Shown: piece after piece, positions 9,215 through 19,717 of the stretch
Layout: every line of letters starts with the position of its first letter
Position numbering within the stretch: the stretch's first letter is position 1
Assembly: GCA_037439485.1 (NCBI GenBank)
Contig: JBBIVY010000003.1
Location: 1,452-65,451 of the forward strand
Origin: Planctomycetota bacterium
GTDB taxonomy: Bacteria; Planctomycetota; DG-23; DATKVD01
DNA: 64,000 nucleotides
Reading direction: 5' to 3'
The notes under the pieces: model-generated
Seen by the model: only the letters and a program-made list of their open reading frames with translations
Told to the model about the DNA's origin: nothing
Databases searched by the model: none
Translations under genes and position numbers: made by a program

Positions 9215-9239
9215 AGACGGATCGCAGGGGGAACGCCCG

Positions 9240-10961
9240 ATGACGACCGACCATCGCAAGGGTTTCGCGCAGATCCTCATCGAACAGGGCCTCTGCACCA
9301 AGAGCCAGATCAAGGAGGCCTTGGGCATCCAGAAGGAGAAGGGCGGCAAGCTCGGCGACATCCTCGTCGAGCGCGGCTACCTCTCCGAGACGGACAAGGC
9401 CCAGGTGCTCGGCAAGCAGTTCGGCCTGGAGGTCATCGACCTCGACACCTACACCATCGACCCGATGGTGGTGGACCTTCTGCCCCGGGCGCTGGCCCGC
9501 AAACATCAGGTGCTGCCTCTGACCCGAGAGGGCACCCTCGTCAAGGTGGCGATCACCGACCCCCTGGACTTCGAGGCGCTTGACAACCTGCGGTTCATCC
9601 TCAACAGCGAGGTTCAGCCCGTGATCGCGACCCCCGAGGCGGTTCGGAGGTCGATCGACCGGTTCTACGAGACGGAGGTCTCCACCCTCGACCAGGCCGT
9701 CAGCGACTTCACCGACGTGGGCGATGGGGAGTCCGGCGAGTCGTCGCAGAGCTTCGACCTGGGCGCGGCGGGGGGCGAGGACGACGACGCGCCCGTCATC
9801 CGCCTGGTGCGGCTCATCATCTCCGAGGCGGTGAAGTCGCGCGCGAGCGACATTCACATCGAGCCGCTGGAAAACCGTCTCCGCATCCGCTACCGCGTCG
9901 ACGGCGACTGCATCGAGGTCGATTCCCCGCCGAAGCGCCTGCAGAACTCCATCATTTCCCGCGTCAAGATCATGTCGGGCATGCAGATCGAGGAAAAGCG
10001 TCTGCCGCAGGACGGGCGCATCCGCATCCGCATCCGCGGCAAGGAGATCGACATCCGCGTGTCGACGCTGCCGGCGAGCCACGGCGAGAGCGTGGTGCTG
10101 CGCTTGCTGGACAAGGAAAACGTCATGGTCGGCGTCGAGAAACTCGGCTTCCACGAGACCGACCGGATGCGGTTCGAAAAGATCATCAAGCGGCCGAACG
10201 GCATCTTCCTCGTGACGGGCCCCACGGGCTCGGGCAAGACGACGACGCTCTACTCGGCGCTCCAGGAACTCAACCGGCCCGACCGCAAGATCATCACCGC
10301 CGAGGACCCCGTCGAGTACAACATCTCCGGCATCAACCAGTGCGAGGTGAAGGAGCGCATCGGCATGACGTTCGCGCGAATCCTGCGCGCGATGCTGCGG
10401 CAGGCGCCCAACGTCATCCTCGTCGGCGAGATCCGCGACGGCGAAACGGCCGAGATCGCCATCCAGGCCGCGCTCACCGGGCACCTTGTCTTCTCCACGC
10501 TTCACACCAACGACGCCCCGTCCGCCATCACCCGGCTCATCGACATGAAGATGGCCCCGTTCCTCGTCGCCAGCTCCATCCAGGCGATCATGGCCCAGCG
10601 TCTCGTCCGCGTCATCTGCGCGGAGTGCAAGGAGCCCTGGGAGGCAGACCCCAAGCTCTGCTCCGGCATCGGGCTGGGCTCTCAGCAGCTCGAGGGGCGC
10701 ACGCTCTATCACGGCCGCGGCTGCCGCGCCTGCGTCAGCACCGGCTATCACGGCCGTCTTGGCATCTTCGAACTGATGGAAATGACCCGGCAGATCCGCG
10801 AAATGGCCTTCCGCATGGAGCCGACCAACGTCATCCGCGATCAGGCCCGCCGTTCGGGCATGGTGACGCTGCAGGAGGATGGCGTGCGCAAGGTCCTCGC
10901 GGGCATCACGACCGTCGAAGAGATTCTCACCAACGCGTCGCGCGACACGGTCCTCGCCTGA
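9240..10961 (+). CDS. pilB: type IV pilus assembly / type II secretion ATPase, PilB/GspE family
   Basis: ORF 9168-10961 trimmed to ATG 9240 (SD AGGGGG 8 nt upstream); N-terminal T2SSE_N-type domain, Walker A GPTGSGKTTTLY, Asp box and Walker B, tetracysteine CAECKEP...GRGCRAC; 573 aa. Confidence 0.9.
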   Translation: MTTDHRKGFAQILIEQGLCTKSQIKEALGIQKEKGGKLGDILVERGYLSETDKAQVLGKQFGLEVIDLDTYTIDPMVVDLLPRALARKHQVLPLTREGTLVKVAITDPLDFEALDNLRFILNSEVQPVIATPEAVRRSIDRFYETEVSTLDQAVSDFTDVGDGESGESSQSFDLGAAGGEDDDAPVIRLVRLIISEAVKSRASDIHIEPLENRLRIRYRVDGDCIEVDSPPKRLQNSIISRVKIMSGMQIEEKRLPQDGRIRIRIRGKEIDIRVSTLPASHGESVVLRLLDKENVMVGVEKLGFHETDRMRFEKIIKRPNGIFLVTGPTGSGKTTTLYSALQELNRPDRKIITAEDPVEYNISGINQCEVKERIGMTFARILRAMLRQAPNVILVGEIRDGETAEIAIQAALTGHLVFSTLHTNDAPSAITRLIDMKMAPFLVASSIQAIMAQRLVRVICAECKEPWEADPKLCSGIGLGSQQLEGRTLYHGRGCRACVSTGYHGRLGIFELMEMTRQIREMAFRMEPTNVIRDQARRSGMVTLQEDGVRKVLAGITTVEEILTNASRDTVLA

Positions 10962-11025
10962 TACGGACGGCTGTGCCGGCCCCCCGAAAGGGGGTGTCTG
11001 GAGGGAAGAAAGGAACTGCACGTTC

Positions 11026-12189
11026 ATGTCCGAGCAGCGATCTATCCTGATGGAGAAGCTTCTCCAGACGGTCATCGAGCAGGACTCCAGCGACTTGCAC
11101 CTCGTCGTCGGGCGTCCGCCGACCGTCCGGCTCAACGGCCGCCTGGTCTCGCTGAAGACCCGCATCCTCATGCCCGAGGATACGGTCGCCCTGATGAAGA
11201 GCATCACCCCCGAACGCTCGATGCAGGAGCTTCAGGCGGAGGGGACCTGCGACTTCGGCTTCGCCTTCGGCGACCAGGCCCGGTTCCGAGTCTCGGTCTT
11301 CCGCCAGAAGGGGCGGATCAGCCTGGCCCTCCGACTCATCCCGCACAGACTTTTCACTTTTGAAGAAATCGGCCTGCCACCCATCATCAAGTCGCTGCTC
11401 TATCAGCCCCGAGGACTCTTCCTCGTCACCGGGCCCACCGGGTGCGGCAAGACCACCAGCCTTGCCACCATGATTGACTTCATTAATACCCGCATGGACC
11501 GCCACATCATCACGGTGGAAGACCCTATCGAGTACTACCACACCCACAAGCGCGGGATCATCAACCAGCGCGAATTGGGGGTGGATGTGCCCACTTTCTC
11601 CGAGGCGCTGCGCCGCGGAATGCGCGCCGACCCCGACGTGATGATGGTCGGGGAGATGCGCGATCTCGACACAATTCAGGCCGCTATTACTGCGGCAGAG
11701 ACGGGACACCTGGTATTCGCAACCCTGCACACCACCGGCGCCGAGGGCACCTGCAACCGAATCATTGACGCTTTCCCCGTTGAGCAGCAGGAACAGGTCC
11801 GCGTTCAGCTCTCCGTGTCGATTCTTGGCGTGATTTCGCAGCAACTCCTTCCCAAGGCGAGCGGAAAGGGCAGGGTGGCCGCCTACGAGTTCATGGTAAC
11901 TACTCCTGCCGTAAGAAACTTGATTCGCGAAAACAAGACCTACAACATCGACTCCCACATTCAGACCGGCAAGCGATACGGCATGATTCTGTTGGACACT
12001 CACTTGTTTGATCTGTGGGAGCAAGGGGTGATCAAGGCGGAGGATGCCCTTCTCAAGGCCCGCAAGCCGAGGGAGCTGGAGCAGAAGATGAGGCAGTACG
12101 AGCAGTCGAAGGGCCGGGTATTCACGGCGAACATTGCGGGCGACGAAGAGCACGGGATGGATATGACGGAGTTGCAGACACCGGGTTGA
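11026..12189 (+). CDS. pilT: twitching-motility retraction ATPase PilT
   Basis: ORF 10879-12189 trimmed to ATG 11026 (SD GGAGGGAAGAAAGGA upstream); LHLVVGRPP, GLFLVTGPTGCGKTTSLA Walker A, ITVEDPIEY, GHLVFATLHT; 387 aa. Confidence 0.9.
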   Translation: MSEQRSILMEKLLQTVIEQDSSDLHLVVGRPPTVRLNGRLVSLKTRILMPEDTVALMKSITPERSMQELQAEGTCDFGFAFGDQARFRVSVFRQKGRISLALRLIPHRLFTFEEIGLPPIIKSLLYQPRGLFLVTGPTGCGKTTSLATMIDFINTRMDRHIITVEDPIEYYHTHKRGIINQRELGVDVPTFSEALRRGMRADPDVMMVGEMRDLDTIQAAITAAETGHLVFATLHTTGAEGTCNRIIDAFPVEQQEQVRVQLSVSILGVISQQLLPKASGKGRVAAYEFMVTTPAVRNLIRENKTYNIDSHIQTGKRYGMILLDTHLFDLWEQGVIKAEDALLKARKPRELEQKMRQYEQSKGRVFTANIAGDEEHGMDMTELQTPG

Positions 12190-12223
12190 TGGGGCCCTTT
12201 AGGACTCTATAGCGAGGCGTCCG

Positions 12224-13993
<1,770 letters not shown>

Positions 13994-14012
13994 GCCGCCG
14001 AATACGGCGGAA

Positions 14013-14166
14013 TAGCGAATGACAAAGCCCGAATGACGAAACAATGACGAAGCCTGAATGGCGATCCGGCGAACCGTTGAGATCCTCCCGGGTTCGCCTC
14101 TTGTTCGGTCTTCAGTCATTCGGTTCTTGATTCGTTATTCGGGCTTTGTCATTCGTCATTCGCCAT
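14013..14166. repeat. ~150-bp imperfect inverted repeat with arms built of GAATGAC-type motifs
   Basis: Left arm GCGAATGACAAAGCCCGAATGACGAA (14015-14040) pairs with right arm TTCGTTATTCGGGCTTTGTCATTCGTCATTCG (~14131-14162); apex hairpin GGCGAACCG...CGGGTTCGCC (14068-14098); preceded by CCGCCG-aata-CGGCGG hairpin right after pilB2 stop; between pilB2 and pilC. Confidence 0.55.
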
Positions 14167-14281
14167 TGATACGGATTTCCGCACTTGCCGGTTTTGCCCC
14201 CTTGGGTAGAATTTGAACGGACGATAAGGCCGTTCCGTTTCCCCTAACGGGGCCACAGGGCCCCCCGACGGAGGATGGACG

Positions 14282-15541
14282 ATGGGAACCTTCACGTTTC
14301 AGGCGATGAACAGCAAGGGCGACGAGGTCCGCGACGAGATCGAGGCCGGCAGTCAGGAAGAAGCGGTCAATAAGATCCGCGAGCTGGGCCTCTTCCCGAC
14401 GCAGGTGCGCCAGAAGGCGGCGCGCCGGACGGCGGGGGCCGCCGCGGCGCCGACCGCCGCGCGCAAGAAGGGGGCCATGACCCTGGGCGGGGTGTCGAAC
14501 AAGGAGTTGTGCAACTTCACCCGCCAGCTCTCGACCCTTCAGGACGCCGGGCTGCCCCTCGTGCGCTCGCTCAAGATTCTCGAAGGCCAGATGAAGCCCT
14601 GCAAGCTGAAGGACGTCCTCACCGATGTCGCCGACGACGTGGAAAGCGGAAGCACCTTCTCCGAGGCCCTCGCCAAGCACCCCCGCGCGTTCGACCGGCT
14701 CTACGTCAACATGGTGCGCGCCGGCGAGGCGGGCGGCGTGCTCGACACCATTCTCGATCGTCTTGCCGAGTTCAAGGAAAAGGCCCGCGCGTTGCGCCGG
14801 AAGATCATCGGCGCGATGATCTACCCCGTCGTCGTCATCACCATCGCCACGGCCATCCTCATCCTCATCATGACCATCATCGTGCCCAAGTTCCAGGAGA
14901 TCTTCCGGTCGTTCGGCCAGCAGTTGCCCGTCATGACCAAGCTGCTCATCGGCACCGCCACGTGGCTGCAGAATTACATCCTCTTCATCATCATGATCCC
15001 GTTCATCGTCTACATCGCGTTCAAGCTGATCAAACGGACGCGGGGCGGGCGCTACTTCTTCGACAACGTCAAGCTGCACATGCCGATTTTCGGGCAGATC
15101 GCCAGCAAGTCGACGGTCAGCCAGTTCTGCCGCACGCTCGGGACGCTCATCGCCTCCGGCGTGCCGATCCTCGAGGCGCTCAACATCGTCCGCGACACCA
15201 CCGGCAACGAGGTCATTGCCCGCGCCATCGGCAAGGTCCACGACTCGATCCGCGAGGGCGACACCATCGCCGAGCCGCTCCGGGCCTCCGGCGTCGTCGA
15301 CGAGATCGTCGTCAACATGATCGACGTCGGCGAGGAAACGGGCGAGCTGGACAAGATGCTCATCAAGGTCGCCGACACGTTCGACGACGAGGTCGACACG
15401 CTCGTCGCCAGCATGATGAGCCTCATCGAGCCCCTCATCATCGTCGTCCTGGGCGGCGCGGTCGCGTTCATCGTCATCAGCCTCTTCCTGCCGCTCGTCG
15501 CGCTCATGACCAGCGTCAGCAACTCGGCGCAGAACGGTTGA
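14282..15541 (+). CDS. pilC: type IV pilus / T2SS inner-membrane platform protein PilC/GspF
   Basis: 419-aa ORF; two T2SSF-type repeats, three TM segments, typical N-terminal MGTFTFQAMNSKGDEV... Confidence 0.9.
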   Translation: MGTFTFQAMNSKGDEVRDEIEAGSQEEAVNKIRELGLFPTQVRQKAARRTAGAAAAPTAARKKGAMTLGGVSNKELCNFTRQLSTLQDAGLPLVRSLKILEGQMKPCKLKDVLTDVADDVESGSTFSEALAKHPRAFDRLYVNMVRAGEAGGVLDTILDRLAEFKEKARALRRKIIGAMIYPVVVITIATAILILIMTIIVPKFQEIFRSFGQQLPVMTKLLIGTATWLQNYILFIIMIPFIVYIAFKLIKRTRGGRYFFDNVKLHMPIFGQIASKSTVSQFCRTLGTLIASGVPILEALNIVRDTTGNEVIARAIGKVHDSIREGDTIAEPLRASGVVDEIVVNMIDVGEETGELDKMLIKVADTFDDEVDTLVASMMSLIEPLIIVVLGGAVAFIVISLFLPLVALMTSVSNSAQNG

Positions 15542-15616
15542 CGGAGGCGGCGCGGCGCACGGAAGGTGAAGCTCTTTTGGCCCCCGCGGCGGGGCGGAGC
15601 CGGAAAGGAGATCGTC

Positions 15617-16258
15617 ATGACGGACCGTTCGAAGCCGAAGGCGTTCACCCTCATCGAGCTGCTCGTCGTGATGACCATCATCATGTCCCTGGCGGCGCTC
15701 CTCCTGGTCGCCATCACCGGGGCCCGGCGCTACGTCACCAAGGCCAAGACGTCCGGGGACATCTCCAATATGATGACGGCCCTGACGCAGTACTATAACG
15801 ACTTCGCCGCGTATCCGCCGGGCCCGGTCGACACCGCCAAGGACGCCGGGGCCTCGCTGGACGACAGCTCGTGCGGCGCCGGCGCGATTCCCGCGGACCC
15901 GAACAAGCCGCTCGCCACGGAGCTTCAGCTTCGGACCATCGGCGCCAAGCTGACCATCGAAGGCGGCAACCGCACCGTCGGCCCGTACTACTCCCCCAAT
16001 CCGAACCAGGTCGACAGGAACGGACACCTGATCGACGCCTGGGGCAAGTCGTATCGCTACTTCCCCGACGGCCGTAACACGGTGATCGACCCGTCGACGG
16101 GGATGCGGAAGCCCAGCCGCGTCGAGCGCGGGCCCGTCATCTGGAGCCTCGGACCCGACACCAAGCAGGACCCGCTGAACGACAACGTGGACAACGACAA
16201 CGACGGCCACGTGGACAACGGCGCCGAGCTGGTGGACGACATCTGCAGTTGGAACTGA
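15617..16258 (+). CDS. prepilin-type N-terminal cleavage/methylation domain protein (pilin/pseudopilin, 213 aa) with Asp-rich C-terminal motif
   Basis: ORF 15566-16258 trimmed to ATG 15617 (SD GGAAAGGAG); MTDRSKPKA-FTLIELLVVMTIIMSLAALL with Glu at +5; C-terminus NDNVDNDNDGHVDNGAELVDD. Confidence 0.8.
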   Translation: MTDRSKPKAFTLIELLVVMTIIMSLAALLLVAITGARRYVTKAKTSGDISNMMTALTQYYNDFAAYPPGPVDTAKDAGASLDDSSCGAGAIPADPNKPLATELQLRTIGAKLTIEGGNRTVGPYYSPNPNQVDRNGHLIDAWGKSYRYFPDGRNTVIDPSTGMRKPSRVERGPVIWSLGPDTKQDPLNDNVDNDNDGHVDNGAELVDDICSWN

Positions 16259-16304
16259 CGGCGGGGGCCGGCGGCCTCTCCCGCCGGGCGATCGGAGGAC
16301 GGCC

Positions 16305-16901
16305 ATGAAGTCACGGCGTAGCGCGTTTACGCTCCTGGAGCTGATGATCGTCATCGGGATCATCTGCGTGCTGGCGGGGTTCCTCTTCGCCGCCGCGTCG
16401 ATGGCCCAGCAAGCGGCGAAGAAACAGCGATCCTCGGCCGTCGTTCAGCTCCTCGCCGTGGCCTGCGACAACTACTGGAAGGACTACCACGACTATCCGT
16501 ATCCCAACCCGGACGTCGTGGGCGCCGGGACGAACACGCTGGGCGCCAACGCGGCCTTCCGCGCGGCCTATTACAAGAACGGGTCCTGGACGACCGACGG
16601 CATCAACATCGCGCTGGTGTGGATGCTCAGCATTTCGCGCAACCCCGAGCCGTTCCTCGACCTGAACCAGAAGTGGTTCGTGAAGATCCCGGAGGCGGCC
16701 ACGGGGCCGGACGGGCGGACCCTCTACAAGTGCCAGGACGGCTTCGGCAATACCATTAACATCGACCGGCCGGCGCAGTACTACTACACGAACACCTACG
16801 TGCGCATCACCTCCGCCGGGCCGGACGGGAAGTTCGGCGTGCTCGGCTCGACCACCGACACGAACGCCAAGGACAACATCGAGCAGTACCTGAAGCGGTA
16901 A
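16305..16901 (+). CDS. prepilin-type pilin-like protein (198 aa)
   Basis: MKSRRSA-FTLLELMIVIGIICVLAGF N-terminal class III signal and hydrophobic helix; two Cys in C-terminal half. Confidence 0.8.
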   Translation: MKSRRSAFTLLELMIVIGIICVLAGFLFAAASMAQQAAKKQRSSAVVQLLAVACDNYWKDYHDYPYPNPDVVGAGTNTLGANAAFRAAYYKNGSWTTDGINIALVWMLSISRNPEPFLDLNQKWFVKIPEAATGPDGRTLYKCQDGFGNTINIDRPAQYYYTNTYVRITSAGPDGKFGVLGSTTDTNAKDNIEQYLKR

Positions 16902-16948
16902 TCTGCGCCGGGCGGCGCGACGGCACTCGGGGGACGTGGGCTCGGACG

Positions 16949-17671
16949 ATGATGACACGCGACGGCAAACGAGGCTTCACGATCATCGAGCTGCTGATGG
17001 TCATCGCGATCATGATGGTGATCGCGGCCATGGCCCTGCCTTACTTCGTCGCGATGCAGAAATCGCGCAAGTGGACGACCGCCGTCACCAACATCCAGTC
17101 CATGGTCTGGCGCGCCCGGGCCCTGGCCACCAACGTCCGCCGCGACTTCGCCGTCGAGTTCAATTGCCAGGGCGACTGCGGGACCCAGATGGTCGTCGTC
17201 GCCAAGAGCAACCTCCTCCAGCGCCTGCCCGACCTCAACTGGCTAGAGCACAACCTCGGCGACGGCGGCAATATCGCCTGGATCATCTGGGGGGAGTGGG
17301 AGTACGCCGGGGGGCCCATCAACTGGGATGGGAAGTATTACCAGAACCTCTCCCCGGGCGACATCCATCCCAATCCCACGAACTCGACGTTCATCGGCAA
17401 CTATGGCCACAATTCGTATCAGAGCGAGGTCTTGGCGGTCCACCCCGATCTGACCATCGACCCGTCGACGACCGCCAGCCCGAATTTCATCAACTGGGAC
17501 CAGAACTGCTACTACGGGGCCGACACGACCCCGGACATCCGCATCGGGCCCAACGGCGCGCTGGTTCAGACGCAGGACCCGACGCTGTGCATCAAGCAGA
17601 TCCGCGGCACCGAGATGATACGCGTGGAGGTTATCCGCTGCACCGGGCGGCTCAAGCAACTGCAGCGTTAG
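16949..17671 (+). CDS. minor pseudopilin, GspH/FimT-like
   Basis: MMTRDGKRG-FTIIELLMVIAIMMVIAAMALPYF; canonical Gly at -1; GspH-like N-terminal segment. Confidence 0.7.
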   Translation: MMTRDGKRGFTIIELLMVIAIMMVIAAMALPYFVAMQKSRKWTTAVTNIQSMVWRARALATNVRRDFAVEFNCQGDCGTQMVVVAKSNLLQRLPDLNWLEHNLGDGGNIAWIIWGEWEYAGGPINWDGKYYQNLSPGDIHPNPTNSTFIGNYGHNSYQSEVLAVHPDLTIDPSTTASPNFINWDQNCYYGADTTPDIRIGPNGALVQTQDPTLCIKQIRGTEMIRVEVIRCTGRLKQLQR

Positions 17672-17788
17672 AAGCGGTTTTGGGTTTTAGGTTTTGGCTT
17701 TTGGATTGAAGAGCAAACGGCGCCCGGATGGCGGGCCTTGCCGTGAATCCAAAATCCAAAAGCCAAAACAGGAAAAAAGGAGGTCGCG

Positions 17789-18763
17789 ATGATAAACATG
17801 AGGCGCTCCCATAAGAGCGCGTTCTCCCTGGTCGAGCTCCTGATCGCCTTCTTCGTGCTGCTCATCGGCATCCTGGCGGTGCTGGTGCTCTTCCCGCTGG
17901 GGCTGCGCGAATCGAAGACGATGGTGGACGCCTCGATGGCGGCCATCGAGGCCCGCAACGCGCGGAGCATGATGGAGGTCGAGACGTTCAATTACACGGG
18001 CGACGGGATGACGAAGCTTGGCTACGGCACCGCCTCGATGATCCAGGCGAAGTATGGGCCGAAGGGGTCGAACTCGGGCCTCGCGAACTTCCCGGTGATG
18101 TTCCCCTGGGACGTGCTGGGGGGCAACGACGACTCGATCTTTCCGCTGACTTCGCGCCCCATTGACTGCGCGACGACGCACCGCGACCGCGTCATCGACG
18201 TCAATACCCCGCAGTATTCCTGGGACGCTCGGTTCACCGTCGGCGGCGGCCCCGGTCTCACGCCTCCGCCGGGGTTCCTCTATTCCAACGCCGCCGCCTG
18301 GCAGAACGATTACTTCTGGTGGTTCAGCCAGTACTTCAAGTACTACGCCGTCCAGATCTCGGTCTACCGCAACTTCCAGGCCCTCACCGTAGGGCAGGGG
18401 ACCGTCTGGCTGCGCGCGGCGCAGAAGTCCGGGGGCGGCGACTACGACGTGACCGACCCCAACCGCCCGCTCTGGTCGGAAGTCGTCGTCGCCAACCAGC
18501 CGCCGTCGGAGATCGTCGTCGGCTCGGCCATTCGCATCCGCGACGACAAGAGCGACTGGTACAAGGTGACGGGCGTGTCGTACGACGGCTCCCAGTGGCA
18601 TTTCAAGCTCGACCGGCCGTACGCAGGGTTGAACCTCGGGAGCGCCACGTCCACCAGCGCCTCGAAGACCGACGTCATCGCCACGAACACGCTGATCGAT
18701 TCGTTCACGACGCTGCTCGGCTCGCAGCTCGACGACATCGACTCGAGCACGTCGAATTACTAG
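17789..18763 (+). CDS. minor pseudopilin, PilV/GspI-like
   Basis: MINMRRSHKSA-FSLVELLIAFFVLLIGILAVLVLFPLG, PilV/GspI-style N-terminus; SD AAGGAGG upstream. Confidence 0.7.
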   Translation: MINMRRSHKSAFSLVELLIAFFVLLIGILAVLVLFPLGLRESKTMVDASMAAIEARNARSMMEVETFNYTGDGMTKLGYGTASMIQAKYGPKGSNSGLANFPVMFPWDVLGGNDDSIFPLTSRPIDCATTHRDRVIDVNTPQYSWDARFTVGGGPGLTPPPGFLYSNAAAWQNDYFWWFSQYFKYYAVQISVYRNFQALTVGQGTVWLRAAQKSGGGDYDVTDPNRPLWSEVVVANQPPSEIVVGSAIRIRDDKSDWYKVTGVSYDGSQWHFKLDRPYAGLNLGSATSTSASKTDVIATNTLIDSFTTLLGSQLDDIDSSTSNY

Positions 18764-18796
18764 GCCGAGCGGATCGTGTTGCCGGGGAGCGCAGGC

Positions 18797-19669
18797 ATGA
18801 GGCGATCGGGGAATGCCTTCACGCTGCTGGAACTGCTGGCGGCGATCACGCTGCTGGTGATCCTGGGGACGATGCTTTTCCAGGTGTTCCAGCAGGCGTC
18901 AAGCGTCGTGGAGATCGGCAACGCCCGGCAGGAGGTTTACCAGTATGCGCGGGCGGCGCTGGAGTTCCTGCAGCGCGAGCTGGGCGGCTCGTTCACCGGC
19001 GTCGACTCCGATTCCGCCCTGAGCGCCGGCAACGGTATCCGCGGCATGAGGATCTACGCCTCGGGCACGACGATGGGCGCCAACGTGAAGCGGCGCGCCG
19101 CCAGCCAGGGCGTCTTCTTCACCTCCGGCGTCATGGCGCGCGACACCCGCCAGACCTACCCGGACGGCAGCACGAACCCCTTCTTCGGACGCGACGTCAA
19201 CTGCGCCCGCATCGCCTACTACCTGAACGACTGCACGACGAAGCTGACCGATGCGGCGGTCTGCCGCTCGGAAAGCTACATGCTCAACGTGATCGACCCG
19301 GACTGCGGCGGGCCCTTCCTGCGCAACTGCATGTTCTTCACCATTGAGACCATGAGCCCGTTCCCGAACGAGAGCCCGGCTTTGTTCCGCACCGTCGACT
19401 GGGACAGCGAGGGGTACGCGTCGCCGGGCGGCTTTCAGCGCCGGCGCGGGCTGCCCGAGGCGATCCGCATCACGTTCCGCATGACCGACGAGCGACGCGC
19501 GATGCTCTACCGCTGGGACGCCGCGGATACGGACCCGAACACCGGCGCCGCCGGGCAATGGCGCGTTCCCGGGCCGGACGGCACGCTGACGAAGGACTAT
19601 GCTTCTCAGGAGGATCCGATCGCGCAGACGTTCAGGAATATCGTGTTCTTCGGGCGCCGGTCCGACTGA
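18797..19669 (+). CDS. minor pseudopilin, PilW/GspJ-like
   Basis: ORF 18776-19669 (GTG) trimmed to ATG 18797 (SD GGGGAG); MRRSGNA-FTLLELLAAITLLVILGTMLFQVFQQASSVVEIGNARQEVYQYARAALEFLQREL (GspJ/PilW-like). Confidence 0.7.
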   Translation: MRRSGNAFTLLELLAAITLLVILGTMLFQVFQQASSVVEIGNARQEVYQYARAALEFLQRELGGSFTGVDSDSALSAGNGIRGMRIYASGTTMGANVKRRAASQGVFFTSGVMARDTRQTYPDGSTNPFFGRDVNCARIAYYLNDCTTKLTDAAVCRSESYMLNVIDPDCGGPFLRNCMFFTIETMSPFPNESPALFRTVDWDSEGYASPGGFQRRRGLPEAIRITFRMTDERRAMLYRWDAADTDPNTGAAGQWRVPGPDGTLTKDYASQEDPIAQTFRNIVFFGRRSD

Positions 19670-19717
19670 CGGCGCGCCGCGGGACGAGGTGATCTGGGGG
19701 GAGAAAGGCTGGTCGAC

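Noticed and set aside
5935-9361. ORFs 5935-7485(+), 6632-7366(-), 7112-7612(+), 7663-8712(+), 7706-9361(-)
   Set aside because: All overlap ppdK in other frames/strand; no domain-like sequence; high-GC frame artefacts
15617-16258. Assignment of the first pilin to the Planctomycete H-X9-DG (DUF1559-type) prepilin family
   Set aside because: The DGHV at the C-terminus has no His nine residues upstream; motif incomplete
14156-16363. 735-aa - strand ORF and 14509-15798 + strand ORF across pilC and pilin genes
   Set aside because: Antisense or out-of-frame to PilC (T2SSF repeats) and the prepilin; Arg/Asp/His-rich artefacts
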